NCBI GenBank assembly: GCA_963771185.1
Contig: CAVYSL010000011.1
Span: forward strand, 15,303 to 79,302
DNA: 64,000 nucleotides
DNA from: an uncultured Gaiellaceae bacterium
Lineage (GTDB): Bacteria > Actinomycetota > Thermoleophilia > Gaiellales > Gaiellaceae
Direction: 5' to 3'
Part shown: one piece after another, positions 1 through 9,632 of the stretch
Numbering within the stretch: position 1 is the stretch's first letter
How the letters are laid out: the number at the start of each line of letters is the position of its first letter
Notes under the pieces: generated by a model
Seen by the model: the letters and a program-made list of their open reading frames with translations, nothing else
The model's database searches: none
Told to the model about the DNA's origin: nothing
Program-made: the position numbers and the translations under genes

Positions 1-907
<907 letters not shown>

Positions 908-951
908 CCGCGGCGATCCTACTGTGCCGGGGCGCGCGCCCCTAAAGAGAA

Positions 952-2019
952 CTAGCCCGCGACCGTCGTCGGGATGTCGGAGATCGTGCCATCCGCGATC
1001 TCCTCCTGGACGCGTTTGACCTCGGCGACGGCCGTCCGCGGCACGGTGGGAGAGATGACACCGATCCCGACCGCGCCGGAGGCCACGTCGAAGATCGTGT
1101 CCTCGCCGCCGTTGAAGCCGCCGTCGACGACCTCCTGAATCGTCTGGAAGACCGCCACGTCCACCTTCTTCAGCGCGCTCGTCATCACGTGCTCGCCGAG
1201 GTAGGCCTGATCGGCGTCGACGCCGATCCCGCGCATGTTCTTCTCCTCCGCGGCGGAGAGAGCGCCGAGGCCGCACTGGCCCGCGACCTGGAAGATCACG
1301 TGCGCGCCGCGGGAGATGTGGTCGAGCGCGAGCTCCTTGCACTTCGCCTGGTCGACGAAGTCCTGCGAGTAGGCGTTCAGCGTCGTGATCCCCGGATCCG
1401 CCGCCTTTGCGCCCGCCTGGTAGCCCGCGATGTAGCGGTCGACGGGCGGGATCTTGAGCCCGCCGACGGAGCCGATCACCTGCTTCGCCCCGGCTTCCTC
1501 CTTCGTGACCAACCCGGCGAGGTAGCCGACGAGATAGCCGGCCTCCTGCTCCTTGAAGAGCAGCCCGCGAACGTTCTTCGGCTTTGACTTCATCTCCGAC
1601 TGCGAGTAGTCGATGATCGCGAAATTGACATCGGGATAGCGGACTGCCACCTTCTCGAGTGCCGACGCCATCAGAAAGCCGACGGCGATCACGAGGTCGT
1701 AGTCCTGCTTCGCGAGCGTCGTCAGGTTCGGGACGTAGTCCGCCTCCGCCCTCGAGATCACGACGCGCCCCTCGACGCCGAGCTCGTCCTCCGCCCGCTT
1801 GAGGCCCTTGTTGGCGAGGAAGTTGAAGGAGCGGTCGTCGAGGCCGCCGATATCGGTGACGAGACCGACCTTGATCCCGGCCCCGGTCGTCGTACCGGTG
1901 GTCGCCGCGGTCGTCGTCTCGGGCGCGGTCGTCTCGCCGCCGGCCGTCTCGTCGTCGCTGCCGCAGCCACCGAGGGCGAGTACGAGCACGAGCAGCGCCA
2001 GCAGGCGCGAGAGCCTCAT
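952..2019 (-). CDS. BMP-family (Med/PnrA-like) ABC substrate-binding lipoprotein
   Basis: 355-aa ORF with lipobox LALGGC after a signal peptide. Conserved TDIGGLDDRSFN and GVDADQ motifs typical of basic membrane protein/nucleoside-binding SBPs. Confidence 0.9.
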   Translation of the reverse strand: MRLSRLLALLVLVLALGGCGSDDETAGGETTAPETTTAATTGTTTGAGIKVGLVTDIGGLDDRSFNFLANKGLKRAEDELGVEGRVVISRAEADYVPNLTTLAKQDYDLVIAVGFLMASALEKVAVRYPDVNFAIIDYSQSEMKSKPKNVRGLLFKEQEAGYLVGYLAGLVTKEEAGAKQVIGSVGGLKIPPVDRYIAGYQAGAKAADPGITTLNAYSQDFVDQAKCKELALDHISRGAHVIFQVAGQCGLGALSAAEEKNMRGIGVDADQAYLGEHVMTSALKKVDVAVFQTIQEVVDGGFNGGEDTIFDVASGAVGIGVISPTVPRTAVAEVKRVQEEIADGTISDIPTTVAG

Positions 2020-2035
2020 GCAGGGAGTGATACCG

Positions 2036-2069
2036 GAAGGGGCGGGATCGAAACCCCGCCCCTTCCGTG
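2036..2069 (-). other. GC-rich intergenic hairpin between the two BMP paralogs (13-bp stem)
   Basis: cggaaggggcggg (2036-2048) pairs perfectly with cccgccccttccg (2057-2069), with an 8-nt loop. No clear U-tract follows, so it is more likely an mRNA stability or processing hairpin than a strong terminator. Confidence 0.4.
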
Positions 2070-2083
2070 GAACCTGCTTCTGC

Positions 2084-3148
2084 CTAGCCCGTCGTTGCCG
2101 GCGGGGCCTGCGGGATGCCCTTGATCTTCCCCGCGGCGAGCAGCTTGCGGACGGCCTCGACCTGCGCCTTCAGCGCCGGCGAGATGCGGGAAGAGATCTT
2201 CCCGTAGCCGACACCGCCGTTGGCGACCGTGAAGATGGCGTTGAAGTTCGTGCGGAACTTCGCGCCCGTCTTCCTCGCCGCGTCGATCGTCTGGTAGACC
2301 GCGACGTCGACCTTCTTCGTGGCGCTCGTCATCACGTGCGCGCCGAGGTAGCCCTGGTCGGCGTCGACGCCGATGCCGAAGACGCCCTTCTCCTTCGCCG
2401 CCGAGAGGACGCCGAGGCCGCACTGGCCCGCGACCTGGAAGACGGCGCCGGCGCCGTTGGCGATCATGTTCAGCGCCTGCTCCTTGCACTTCGCCTGGTC
2501 GACGAAGTCCTGCGAGTAGGAGTGCGTCACCGTCACCTTCGCGCTGGCACGCTTCGCGCCCGCGTAGTAGCCCGCGATGAAGCGGTCGACCGGCGGGATC
2601 TTGAGGCCGCCGACGGCACCGAGCTTCGTCTGGCCCTGGTACGGCTTCGCGACGACCTGCTTCGCGGCCAGGAACCCGACCAGGTAGCCGGCCTCCTGCT
2701 CCTTGAAGAGGATGCCGCGGACGTTCGTCGGCTTGCCCTTGAGCTCGGCCGCGACGCCCGAGTTGTCGATGATCGCGAACTTCGTCTTCGGGAACCGCTT
2801 CGCGACCTGTGAGACCGCGTCCGCCATCAGGAAGCCGACGCCGACCACGAGCCCGCTGCCGTTGCGTGCCGCACGGGTCAGGTTCGGGACGTAGTCACGG
2901 TCGGACTTGGAGATGAACACCGTTCCGTCGATTCCGAGCCTCTTCTCCGCGGTCACGAGACCCTTGTTCGCGAGGAAGTTGAACGAGCGGTCGTCGAGAC
3001 CACCGATGTCGGTCACGAGCGTGACCTTGAACTTCGCCGGCGCCGCCTGGACGTCCGACTTCGCGGCACCTGTGCCGGCGCCGAGCGCCAACGTCAGGAC
3101 CGCAATCAGCGCCGCCGCCACGAGCGGCATGAACGTACGTACTTTCAC
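2084..3148 (-). CDS. BMP-family ABC substrate-binding protein (paralog; signal peptide, no lipobox Cys)
   Basis: 354-aa ORF with the same TDIGGLDDRSFNFLANKG and GVDADQ motifs as 952-2019. GTG start at 3148 is preceded by a strong SD (AAGGAGGG, complement of 3152-3160). Confidence 0.9.
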   Translation of the reverse strand: MKVRTFMPLVAAALIAVLTLALGAGTGAAKSDVQAAPAKFKVTLVTDIGGLDDRSFNFLANKGLVTAEKRLGIDGTVFISKSDRDYVPNLTRAARNGSGLVVGVGFLMADAVSQVAKRFPKTKFAIIDNSGVAAELKGKPTNVRGILFKEQEAGYLVGFLAAKQVVAKPYQGQTKLGAVGGLKIPPVDRFIAGYYAGAKRASAKVTVTHSYSQDFVDQAKCKEQALNMIANGAGAVFQVAGQCGLGVLSAAKEKGVFGIGVDADQGYLGAHVMTSATKKVDVAVYQTIDAARKTGAKFRTNFNAIFTVANGGVGYGKISSRISPALKAQVEAVRKLLAAGKIKGIPQAPPATTG

Positions 3149-3236
3149 TTACCCTCCTTAGAAGACACATCCACCGCCAAACTTGGACGCTTGATTAGAC
3201 CCTAAGTTGGGTTAAAAGGAAAGTCTTTACCTTTAT

Positions 3237-5418
3237 TTACGGCGCCGCGGTGACGAAGCGCTCCAGCTCGGCCTCGTCCACCAGCACGCGCCTCGGCTTC
3301 GAGCCTTCGTAGCCGGAGATGATCCCGCGCCGCTCGAGCATGTCGATCAGGCGGCCTGCCCGCGTGTAGCCGACGCGCAGGCGGCGCTGCAGCAGGCTGA
3401 CGGATGCGGTCTGTGTCTGGACGACGATCTCGATCGCCTTGTCGAGCAGCGGATCCTCGTCCGGGTCGAACTCGCCGTCGTGGTCGTCGCCGTCGTCGGT
3501 CGCGCCCTCGGGCACGTGGAGCAGCGTCTCGTCGAGCTCCTGCTCGCGCTGGTGGCGGCACTGCTCGACCACCAGCGACACCTCTTCCTCGGAGACGTAG
3601 GCGCCCTGGACGCGCTGCAGCCTGCTCGTTCCGAGCGGCTTGAAGAGCATGTCGCCCTGGCCGAGCAGGCTCTCGGCGCCCGCGCCGTCGAGGATCACAC
3701 GCGAGTCGGTCTGGCTCGAGACGGCGAACGCGATCCGGCTCGGAACGTTCGCCTTGATCATCCCGGTGATCACGTCCACCGACGGGCGCTGCGTCGCCAG
3801 CACGAGATGGATGCCGACCGCGCGCGACTTCTGGGCCAGCCTGATGATCGCGTCCTCGACCGCCTGCGGGCTGATCATCATCAGGTCGGCGAGCTCGTCG
3901 ATCACGACCAGGAGGTACGGAAGCGGATCCTCGCCGCGTGCCTTGAAGGCCCGGTTCGCCTCGGGCAGGTTGCGGGCGCGCACGATCGAGAGGCGCTCGT
4001 AGCGCCGCTCCATCTCGGCGACGACGTTGGTGAGGACGGCGCTCGCCTCCTTCGGGCTCGAGACGACCGGCGTCAGCAGGTGCGGGATCGACTCGTAGTA
4101 GTTGAGCTCGATCCGCTTCGGGTCGATCAGGATCATCCGCACGTCGTCGGGGGTCGAGCGGAGCAGGATCGAGGTCAGGATCGTGTTGATGCAGCCCGAC
4201 TTGCCGGAGCCGGTCGTGCCGGCGATCAGGATGTGCGGCATCCGCGCCAGGTCGGCCCAGACCGCGTTGCCGGAGATGTCCTTCCCGAGCCAGACCGCCA
4301 GCGGGCTCGCGGTCGAAGGTAGGTCGTCGTAGATGTCGCCGAGCGTGACGATCTTCGGCGCCAGGTTCGGGACCTCGACGCCGACCGCCTGCTTGCCGGG
4401 AATCGGCGCCAGAATCCGGATCTCCGTCGTCGCGAGCGCGTAGGAGAGGTCGTCCTTGAGCGCCGCGACCTTCGAGACCTTCGTCCCCGGCGCCAGCTGC
4501 AGCTCGTAGCGGGTGACGCGCGGGCCTGCGATCTGGCCGACGATCGTCGCCTCGACGCCGAAGTGCGCGAGCGCCGTCACGAGCGTGTCGGCGGTGCGCT
4601 GGTCGGCGCCCTTCGAGCTGGCCGCTGCCGCCGGCGAGACCTTGAGCACGGCGCGATCGGGCAGCACGTACTCCCCCTCCGCGCGCGGGGCGTCGAAGAG
4701 CGCCGTCTGCTCCTCGGTGACGTCGTCCGGCTGGACGAGCAGCGGCGGTGGCTCGGACAGCCCTTCCGAGACGACGTCCGGGTAGTCGTGGACGACGTCG
4801 ATCGGCGGCTCGTGGCTGCGCGAGCGCGGGCGGCGGCGAGGCGACTTTGTGTCTATCAGACACTTTCTCCGGCCGGGCGACCGCCCGGCGGACGGCGTGG
4901 TGCGAGCGACGGAGCAGGGCGCCGTACGACGCGCCAGAGAGCATGAGCCCGCCGGCGAGCAGCGCGGTCAGGCCGAGCAGGACGGAGCCGGTGCCGCCCA
5001 GCAGCTTCGCGACTCCGCCGCCGAGGACGTTCCCGACGGCGCCGCCGTGCTCCTCGCCGAGCGTGACCATCAGCCCGACGATCGTGACGACGAGCCCGGT
5101 GCGAAACGGCTTCACGTCGAGGAGAGCGCTGCGGAAGAGCATCAGGCAGCCGACGATGACGAGCGCGAGCGGCGCAGCGTACGCGGCCGACCCGATCACG
5201 TCGCGCAGCCCCGCCTCGATCTTCTCGCCGGCCACGCCTCCTTCCCAGCCGAGGTAGAGCAGCGTTGCGAGGAAGAGGCCGACCGCGGCGAGCCCGAGCC
5301 CGATCAGCTCGGGATGCTCGTGCGCGGCGCGGGCGCGCGCCTTCTTCTTCGTCGTCCGCTTCTTCACGCGCGAGGGCGTGCGCGGCCGCAGCGGCCGCTT
5401 CTTCTTCCTGGCTGCCAT
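3237..5418 (-). CDS. ftsK: DNA translocase FtsK/SpoIIIE; reading frame changes at about 4840-4875
   Basis: The C-terminal motor is in ORF 3237-4667 (Walker A GTTGSGKS, LLVVIDELADL, winged-helix gamma domain LLQRRLRVGYTRAGRLID). The N-terminal membrane domain (MAARKKKRP...LIGLGLAAVGLFLATLLYLGW, ATG at 5418) lies in a different frame, inside ORF 3202-5736. Total span is 2182 nt, not a multiple of 3. Confidence 0.85.
4849..4863. repeat. AT-rich palindrome GTGTCT-ATC-AGACAC inside the ftsK linker (member of the ACTTTGTGT family)
   Basis: gtgtctatcagacac is preceded by ACTTT (4844-4848) and followed by ACTTT (4862-4866, overlapping the right arm). It encodes rare codons (AAA, TCT, AGA) in a very GC-rich gene and coincides with the ftsK frame change. 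Confidence 0.7.
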
Positions 5419-5444
5419 GGAGGCGCGATTCGACGCGCCTGTGG

Positions 5445-5615
5445 TCAGCCCTTCCTGGTTGCCTGGACCGACCAGTACAGAAGCACAGCGCCGCCGAGGG
5501 CGAGCGGGATCCCCCAGAGGTTGCCGTCGATCGTGGCGACCGCGCCGACGCCGAGCGCGAGCGCCCCGAGGGCGGCGACTACGACGTACTGCGTTCCGGG
5601 CGGGAAGCGGCTCAT
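5445..5615 (-). CDS. small two-helix membrane protein (56 aa), hypothetical
   Basis: MSRFPPGTQYVVVAALGALALGVGAVATIDGNLWGIPLALGGAVLLYWSVQATRKG. Its ATG overlaps the stop of the upstream hydrolase gene (ATGA). Confidence 0.5.
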   Translation of the reverse strand: MSRFPPGTQYVVVAALGALALGVGAVATIDGNLWGIPLALGGAVLLYWSVQATRKG

Positions 5616-6520
5616 CCGAAGCTCGCGATCCGCTCGAGCAGGAGTGCGAAGAAGGCGTCCGCGTCGATGTCGACGCCGACGTGCGCGTTCGGCTCGCGGT
5701 CGGTGCGATGCCAGCGATCGGCGACCGTGCGTCCACGGGTCAGCTCCGACTCGAGCTCCACCTCCACGTTCATGTACTCGGTCGTGACGATCCCCGGCCG
5801 GAAGGCATGCGCGAGCGCGACGGCGTCGTGGATCGGCGCCCCGTCCCAGCCGTACGTGCGCCGGTGGTACTGCTTGAAGAACTCGACCAGCTCGGCGACG
5901 AAGGTGCCGACGCGGCCGGCGTCGCGGAAGCGGTCCGCCCACTGCGGTGTCAGCAGGGCGCCGTGGGTGACGTCGAGGCCGATCATCGCCACGTCGAGCC
6001 CTGAGTGGAAGACGCGCTGCGCCGCTTCCGGGTCGGCCCAGATGTTGAACTCGGCCGCCGGGGTCATGTTGCCCTCGGCGATCGCGCCGCCCATCAGGAC
6101 GATCCGCGCCGGCCGGATGCCTCGGTCGAGCGCGAGCGCGACGTTCGTCAGCGGCCCCACCGGGACGAGGACGGTCTCGGGCGTCACGTGCTCGACGAGG
6201 AAGTCGACGGCGTGCTGCTCGATCGGCTCGGAGGCGCGCGGCGGCAACTCGGGGCCGTCGAGGCCGCTGTCGCCGTGGACGTGGGCGGCGGTGTGGAGCT
6301 CGCGCACGAGCGGCCGCTCGGCGCCGGCCGCGACGGGCACGTCGGTGCGGCCGACGAAGGCCAGCACCCGGAGCGCGTTGTCGGTGGTCTTGTCGAGCGT
6401 CTGGTTGCCGTGCGTCGTCGTGACGCCGACGAGGTCGATCTCCGGGCTCGCGAGCGCCAGCAGCAGCGCGATCGCGTCGTCGTGCCCGGGGTCGCAGTCG
6501 AGGATGACTGGAGTCGTCAC
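5612..6520 (-). CDS. nucleoside hydrolase (IUNH family)
   Basis: 302-aa ORF with the N-terminal fingerprint VILDCDPGHDDAIALLLA (DxDxxxDD), characteristic of inosine-uridine-preferring nucleoside hydrolases. Confidence 0.9.
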   Translation of the reverse strand: MTTPVILDCDPGHDDAIALLLALASPEIDLVGVTTTHGNQTLDKTTDNALRVLAFVGRTDVPVAAGAERPLVRELHTAAHVHGDSGLDGPELPPRASEPIEQHAVDFLVEHVTPETVLVPVGPLTNVALALDRGIRPARIVLMGGAIAEGNMTPAAEFNIWADPEAAQRVFHSGLDVAMIGLDVTHGALLTPQWADRFRDAGRVGTFVAELVEFFKQYHRRTYGWDGAPIHDAVALAHAFRPGIVTTEYMNVEVELESELTRGRTVADRWHRTDREPNAHVGVDIDADAFFALLLERIASFG

Positions 6521-7332
6521 GTCGCCAGTATGGCGTCGACCTCCGCCGCCGTCGGCAGGGAAGGTTGCGCGCCGAAGCGCGAGGCGGCAATGGCACCCGC
6601 AGCGCAGGAGCGGCGCAGCGCCACCTCCGGTTCGAGCTCAGCGAGCCAGGACACGAGCAGGCACGCGGTGAAGGCGTCACCGGCCGCGGTGCCGTCGACT
6701 GCGTCGACCGGCGGCGGCTCCGCGCGCGCGACCTCCTCTCCGTCCTCGAGCAGGATCGCGCCCTCGGCGCCGAGCGTGACCGCGACGAAGCCGTCGCGGC
6801 GCCGCAGGACCTCCAGTTCGTAGCGGTTGACGACGGTGAGATCCGCGTCGACGTCGATTGGGCGTGCGGGAGCGGCGTTCAGGCAGAAGAGGCCCGTCGA
6901 CTGCTCCCAGGCCCGGCGGACGGCCTCGTCCGGGATCTCCAGCTGAGTGAGGACCGCGTCGCTCGGAGGCAGCTGGAACTCCTTCAGCTCGGCGTTGGCT
7001 CCGGGCGCGACCGCGATCTGGTTCTCGCCGCTCGCGTCGACGAGGATCAGCGCGACCCCGGTCGGCGCCTCGACGCGCGCGGCCGCAAGGGTCAGCCGTT
7101 CCTCCTGCGGCAACGCCTCCTCGGCGAACACGTCCGTTCCGACCGAGCAGACGAGGGTCACATCGGCTCCGAGCCGCGCGCACGCCACGGCCTGGTTCGC
7201 GCCCTTGCCGCCCTTGACGCGGGCGAAGCTCGCGTCGGTGACCGTCTCCCCCGCCCGCGGCAGCCGCTCGACGCGGGCGACGAGGTCGAGGTTGACCGAG
7301 CCGACGACGGTGATCGAAGGTGGTCGGCTCAC
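6517..7332 (-). CDS. rbsK: ribokinase (PfkB family)
   Basis: 271-aa ORF with VVGSVNLDLV, GGKGANQAVA and C-terminal DGTAAGDAF motifs. GTG start at 7332; 4-nt overlap with the hydrolase gene. Confidence 0.85.
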   Translation of the reverse strand: MSRPPSITVVGSVNLDLVARVERLPRAGETVTDASFARVKGGKGANQAVACARLGADVTLVCSVGTDVFAEEALPQEERLTLAAARVEAPTGVALILVDASGENQIAVAPGANAELKEFQLPPSDAVLTQLEIPDEAVRRAWEQSTGLFCLNAAPARPIDVDADLTVVNRYELEVLRRRDGFVAVTLGAEGAILLEDGEEVARAEPPPVDAVDGTAAGDAFTACLLVSWLAELEPEVALRRSCAAGAIAASRFGAQPSLPTAAEVDAILAT

Positions 7333-7338
7333 GAAACT

Positions 7339-7357
7339 TTGTGTCTGATAGACACAA
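7339..7357. promoter_or_regulatory. palindrome TTGTGTCT-GAT-AGACACAA just upstream of the rbsK start (candidate operator)
   Basis: Perfect 8-bp arms with a 3-nt centre. AT-rich in a GC-rich intergenic region, 7 bp upstream of the rbsK GTG. Shares ACTTTGTGT with the copies at 4844 and 43802. Confidence 0.55.
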
Positions 7358-7394
7358 GCGATCTTCGACCCATGGAACCGTGCGGGTTCACGAG

Positions 7395-7421
7395 GAGCTT
7401 GTGTCTGATAGACACAAGCTC
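7395..7421. promoter_or_regulatory. palindrome GAGCTTGTGTCT-GAT-AGACACAAGCTC (second copy, 12-bp arms)
   Basis: Perfect 12-bp arms. Its centre is exactly 60 bp from the centre of the 7339-7357 copy. It overlaps the stop codon (7420-7422) of the upstream ORF. Confidence 0.55.
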
Positions 7422-7956
7422 ACGCCGCCAGCGCTCGGAGGTCGTCCACGGTCGAGCCGAGCAACGTGTCGCGCAGGTCGAAGAGGCCCGCCCAGAGCGA
7501 GGAGGCGTCCGGCGGGGCATCGAGGCGCGCCGAGTCGGAGAGGCCCTGGAGCGCCCGCACGAGCACGGCCAGCTCGAGGTAGACGGCCGTGACGCGATCG
7601 GGAGACGCGTGGACGCCGGCCCGGGTGAGCACCGGCTGCCACTCGACGAGCTCGCCGGCGCCGGGCCCCGAGTACCAGGAACGGCCCTCGGCCTCGTCGG
7701 CCTCGAGCTCGAGCAGGTAGCGGCCGAGCGGAACCTCGAGGCCTGCGAGCGCCGTCTCGACACGGTCTGCGGCGTGCCGTAGCGCCGCTTCGCGCCCTCC
7801 GGCGGTCGCTGGCTGCGCCTCCCCCCTGCCCCAGCGCTCGAGCAGGCGGCAGAAGGCGAGCGCCGACGCCTCGCAGGCGCGCAGCTGCACGATCAGCCGC
7901 CGCGCGGTCAGCTCGCTCGTCGCATGACCGACGAGGATGTCAGGCCACTCGCTCAA
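7420..7956 (-). CDS. hypothetical protein (178 aa)
   Basis: Open frame with non-degenerate composition. TTG start overlaps the rnj stop (TTGA), implying co-translation with rnj. No family recognised. Confidence 0.5.
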   Translation of the reverse strand: MSEWPDILVGHATSELTARRLIVQLRACEASALAFCRLLERWGRGEAQPATAGGREAALRHAADRVETALAGLEVPLGRYLLELEADEAEGRSWYSGPGAGELVEWQPVLTRAGVHASPDRVTAVYLELAVLVRALQGLSDSARLDAPPDASSLWAGLFDLRDTLLGSTVDDLRALAA

Positions 7957-9596
7957 ACCTCGATGACCACGGGAAGAATCATCGGCCGGCGGCGGGTTCT
8001 GTCGTAGACCAGCTGGCCGACCGCGTCGTGCAGGTGCTCCTGGATCAGCTTGATCTCGGTGATCCCGTCGGATGAGAGATCCTGCAGCACGCTCAGGGCC
8101 TCCGAGCGCAGCTCGTCGACGAGCTCGTCCGAGTCGCCCATCCCGCGCGCGATCAGCTCGGGCGGCGCGGTCGAGCCGCCGTTGGAGCCCGCGAGAGTCG
8201 TGACGATGATCAGCACGCCGTCCTCGGAGAGGCGGCGGCGGTCCCGGAGCGCGACGTCCTGCACGTCCCCGACCCCGAGGCCGTCGACGAAGGTGACGCC
8301 CGCCTCGATCCGGTCGACGATCCGCGGCGTCCGTCCCTGCTCGAGCTCGACCACCGAGCCGTTCTCGCCGATCAGGATCGCGTCCGCCGGTACGCCCGCC
8401 TCGCGCGCCAGCTGGCCGTGCGCCGCGAGCATCCGGTACTCGCCGTGCACCGGCATGACCGCACGGGGCCGCACGAGCGAGAGCAGGGTCCGCATCTCCT
8501 CGGAGCAGGCGTGGCCGGAGACGTGCACCGGCGCGATCTCCTGGTGCAGCACCTCGGCGCCCATCTGCGCGAGCCGGTTGATCGAGTCGTGCACGCGCAG
8601 CTCGTTCCCGGGAACCGGTTTCGCCGAGAGGATGACCGTGTCGCCACGCTCGATCGAGATCGACGGATGGTCGTTGTAGGCGATCCGCGTCAGCGCGGAC
8701 ATCGGCTCGCCCTGGCTGCCCGTGCAGAGGATCATCACCTGGCCGGGCGGCAGCTCCATCGCCTCCTGCGGCTTGACGAGCACGTGCTCGGGCACGTCGA
8801 GGTAGCCGAGCTGGCGGGCGATGTTGAGGTTCTTGCGCATCGAGCGGCCGACGATCGCCACCTTGCGGCCGACCTGCACCGCGACGTCGATCGCCTGCTG
8901 CATCCGGTGCACGTTCGACGCGAACGAGACGACGAGGATGCGCCCCTTGCGGAGCGGGATCAGCGTGCGGAACGCCTCGCCGACGAGCCGCTCCGAGCCG
9001 GTCATCCCCGGCCGCTCCGCGTTCGTCGAGTCGCCGAGCATCAGGTCGACGCCCTGGTTGCCGAGCTCCGCGAGCCGCCCGACGTCGGTCTTGAGCCCGT
9101 CGACCGGCGTGTGATCGAGCTTCCAGTCGCCCGTGTGGAGCACACGCCCCGCCGCAGTCTCGAGCACGACTGCGACGCAGTCCGGGATCGAGTGCGCCAT
9201 GCGCACGAAGTCGAGCGTGAACGAGCCGACCCGGATCTCCTCGTTCGGCACCGCCTCCTGCAGCTCGGTCGAGGCCGAGAGGCCGTGCTCGTCGAGCTTC
9301 GACTTGATCAACCCCAGCGTCAGCTTGGTCGCGATCACCTTGTCGCAGTCGACCTGGCGGAGCAGGTACGGCAGCCCGCCGACGTGATCCTCGTGCCCGT
9401 GCGTGAGCACGACCGCGTTGACGCGCTTGCCCTCGAGATAGGAGATGTCGGGCAGGACGAGATCGACGCCGAGGTGCTCGTCGCGCGGGAACGCCAGGCC
9501 GGCGTCGACGACGACGATGTCGCCGCCGTGCTCGTAGACGGTCATGTTCTTGCCGACCTCGCCGAGGCCGCCGAGTGGGATGATCCGCAGGCTCAC
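7953..9596 (-). CDS. rnj: ribonuclease J
   Basis: 547-aa ORF with the metallo-beta-lactamase motif LTHGHEDHVGGLPYLL, a beta-CASP region and the RNase J C-terminal domain. N-terminus MSLRIIPLGGLGEVGKNM is typical. Confidence 0.9.
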   Translation of the reverse strand: MSLRIIPLGGLGEVGKNMTVYEHGGDIVVVDAGLAFPRDEHLGVDLVLPDISYLEGKRVNAVVLTHGHEDHVGGLPYLLRQVDCDKVIATKLTLGLIKSKLDEHGLSASTELQEAVPNEEIRVGSFTLDFVRMAHSIPDCVAVVLETAAGRVLHTGDWKLDHTPVDGLKTDVGRLAELGNQGVDLMLGDSTNAERPGMTGSERLVGEAFRTLIPLRKGRILVVSFASNVHRMQQAIDVAVQVGRKVAIVGRSMRKNLNIARQLGYLDVPEHVLVKPQEAMELPPGQVMILCTGSQGEPMSALTRIAYNDHPSISIERGDTVILSAKPVPGNELRVHDSINRLAQMGAEVLHQEIAPVHVSGHACSEEMRTLLSLVRPRAVMPVHGEYRMLAAHGQLAREAGVPADAILIGENGSVVELEQGRTPRIVDRIEAGVTFVDGLGVGDVQDVALRDRRRLSEDGVLIIVTTLAGSNGGSTAPPELIARGMGDSDELVDELRSEALSVLQDLSSDGITEIKLIQEHLHDAVGQLVYDRTRRRPMILPVVIEV

Positions 9597-9632
9597 GCGC
9601 GGGAGTGTATGCGCGTCGGGAGGGCCCGGCGG

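Noticed and set aside
3202-5736. 844-aa ORF spanning ftsK in an alternative frame
   Set aside because: Only its N-terminal about 190 residues after MAARKKK (the FtsK membrane domain) look real. The rest is Arg/Pro/Ala-rich read-through, typical of stop-poor frames in GC-rich DNA, and it overlaps the genuine FtsK motor frame.
7339-7421. Interpreting the TTGTG..CACAA palindromes as Rex (TTGTGAA-N4-TTCACAA) or CRP/GlxR (TGTGA-N6-TCACA) operators
   Set aside because: The half-sites resemble both, but the spacing does not fit. There are 9 nt between TTGTG and CACAA, versus 8 for Rex. The coaBC copy has TGTGA-N3-TCACA, versus N6 for CRP. The inner bases (TCT/AGA) also differ from both consensus sequences.
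7395-7421. Interpreting the 12-bp-arm palindrome as the rho-independent terminator of the upstream gene
   Set aside because: The stem is AT-rich for this genome with only a 3-nt loop, and no U-tract follows on the minus strand. The identical core recurs 60 bp downstream and inside coding regions. This fits a protein-binding site or repeat element better.
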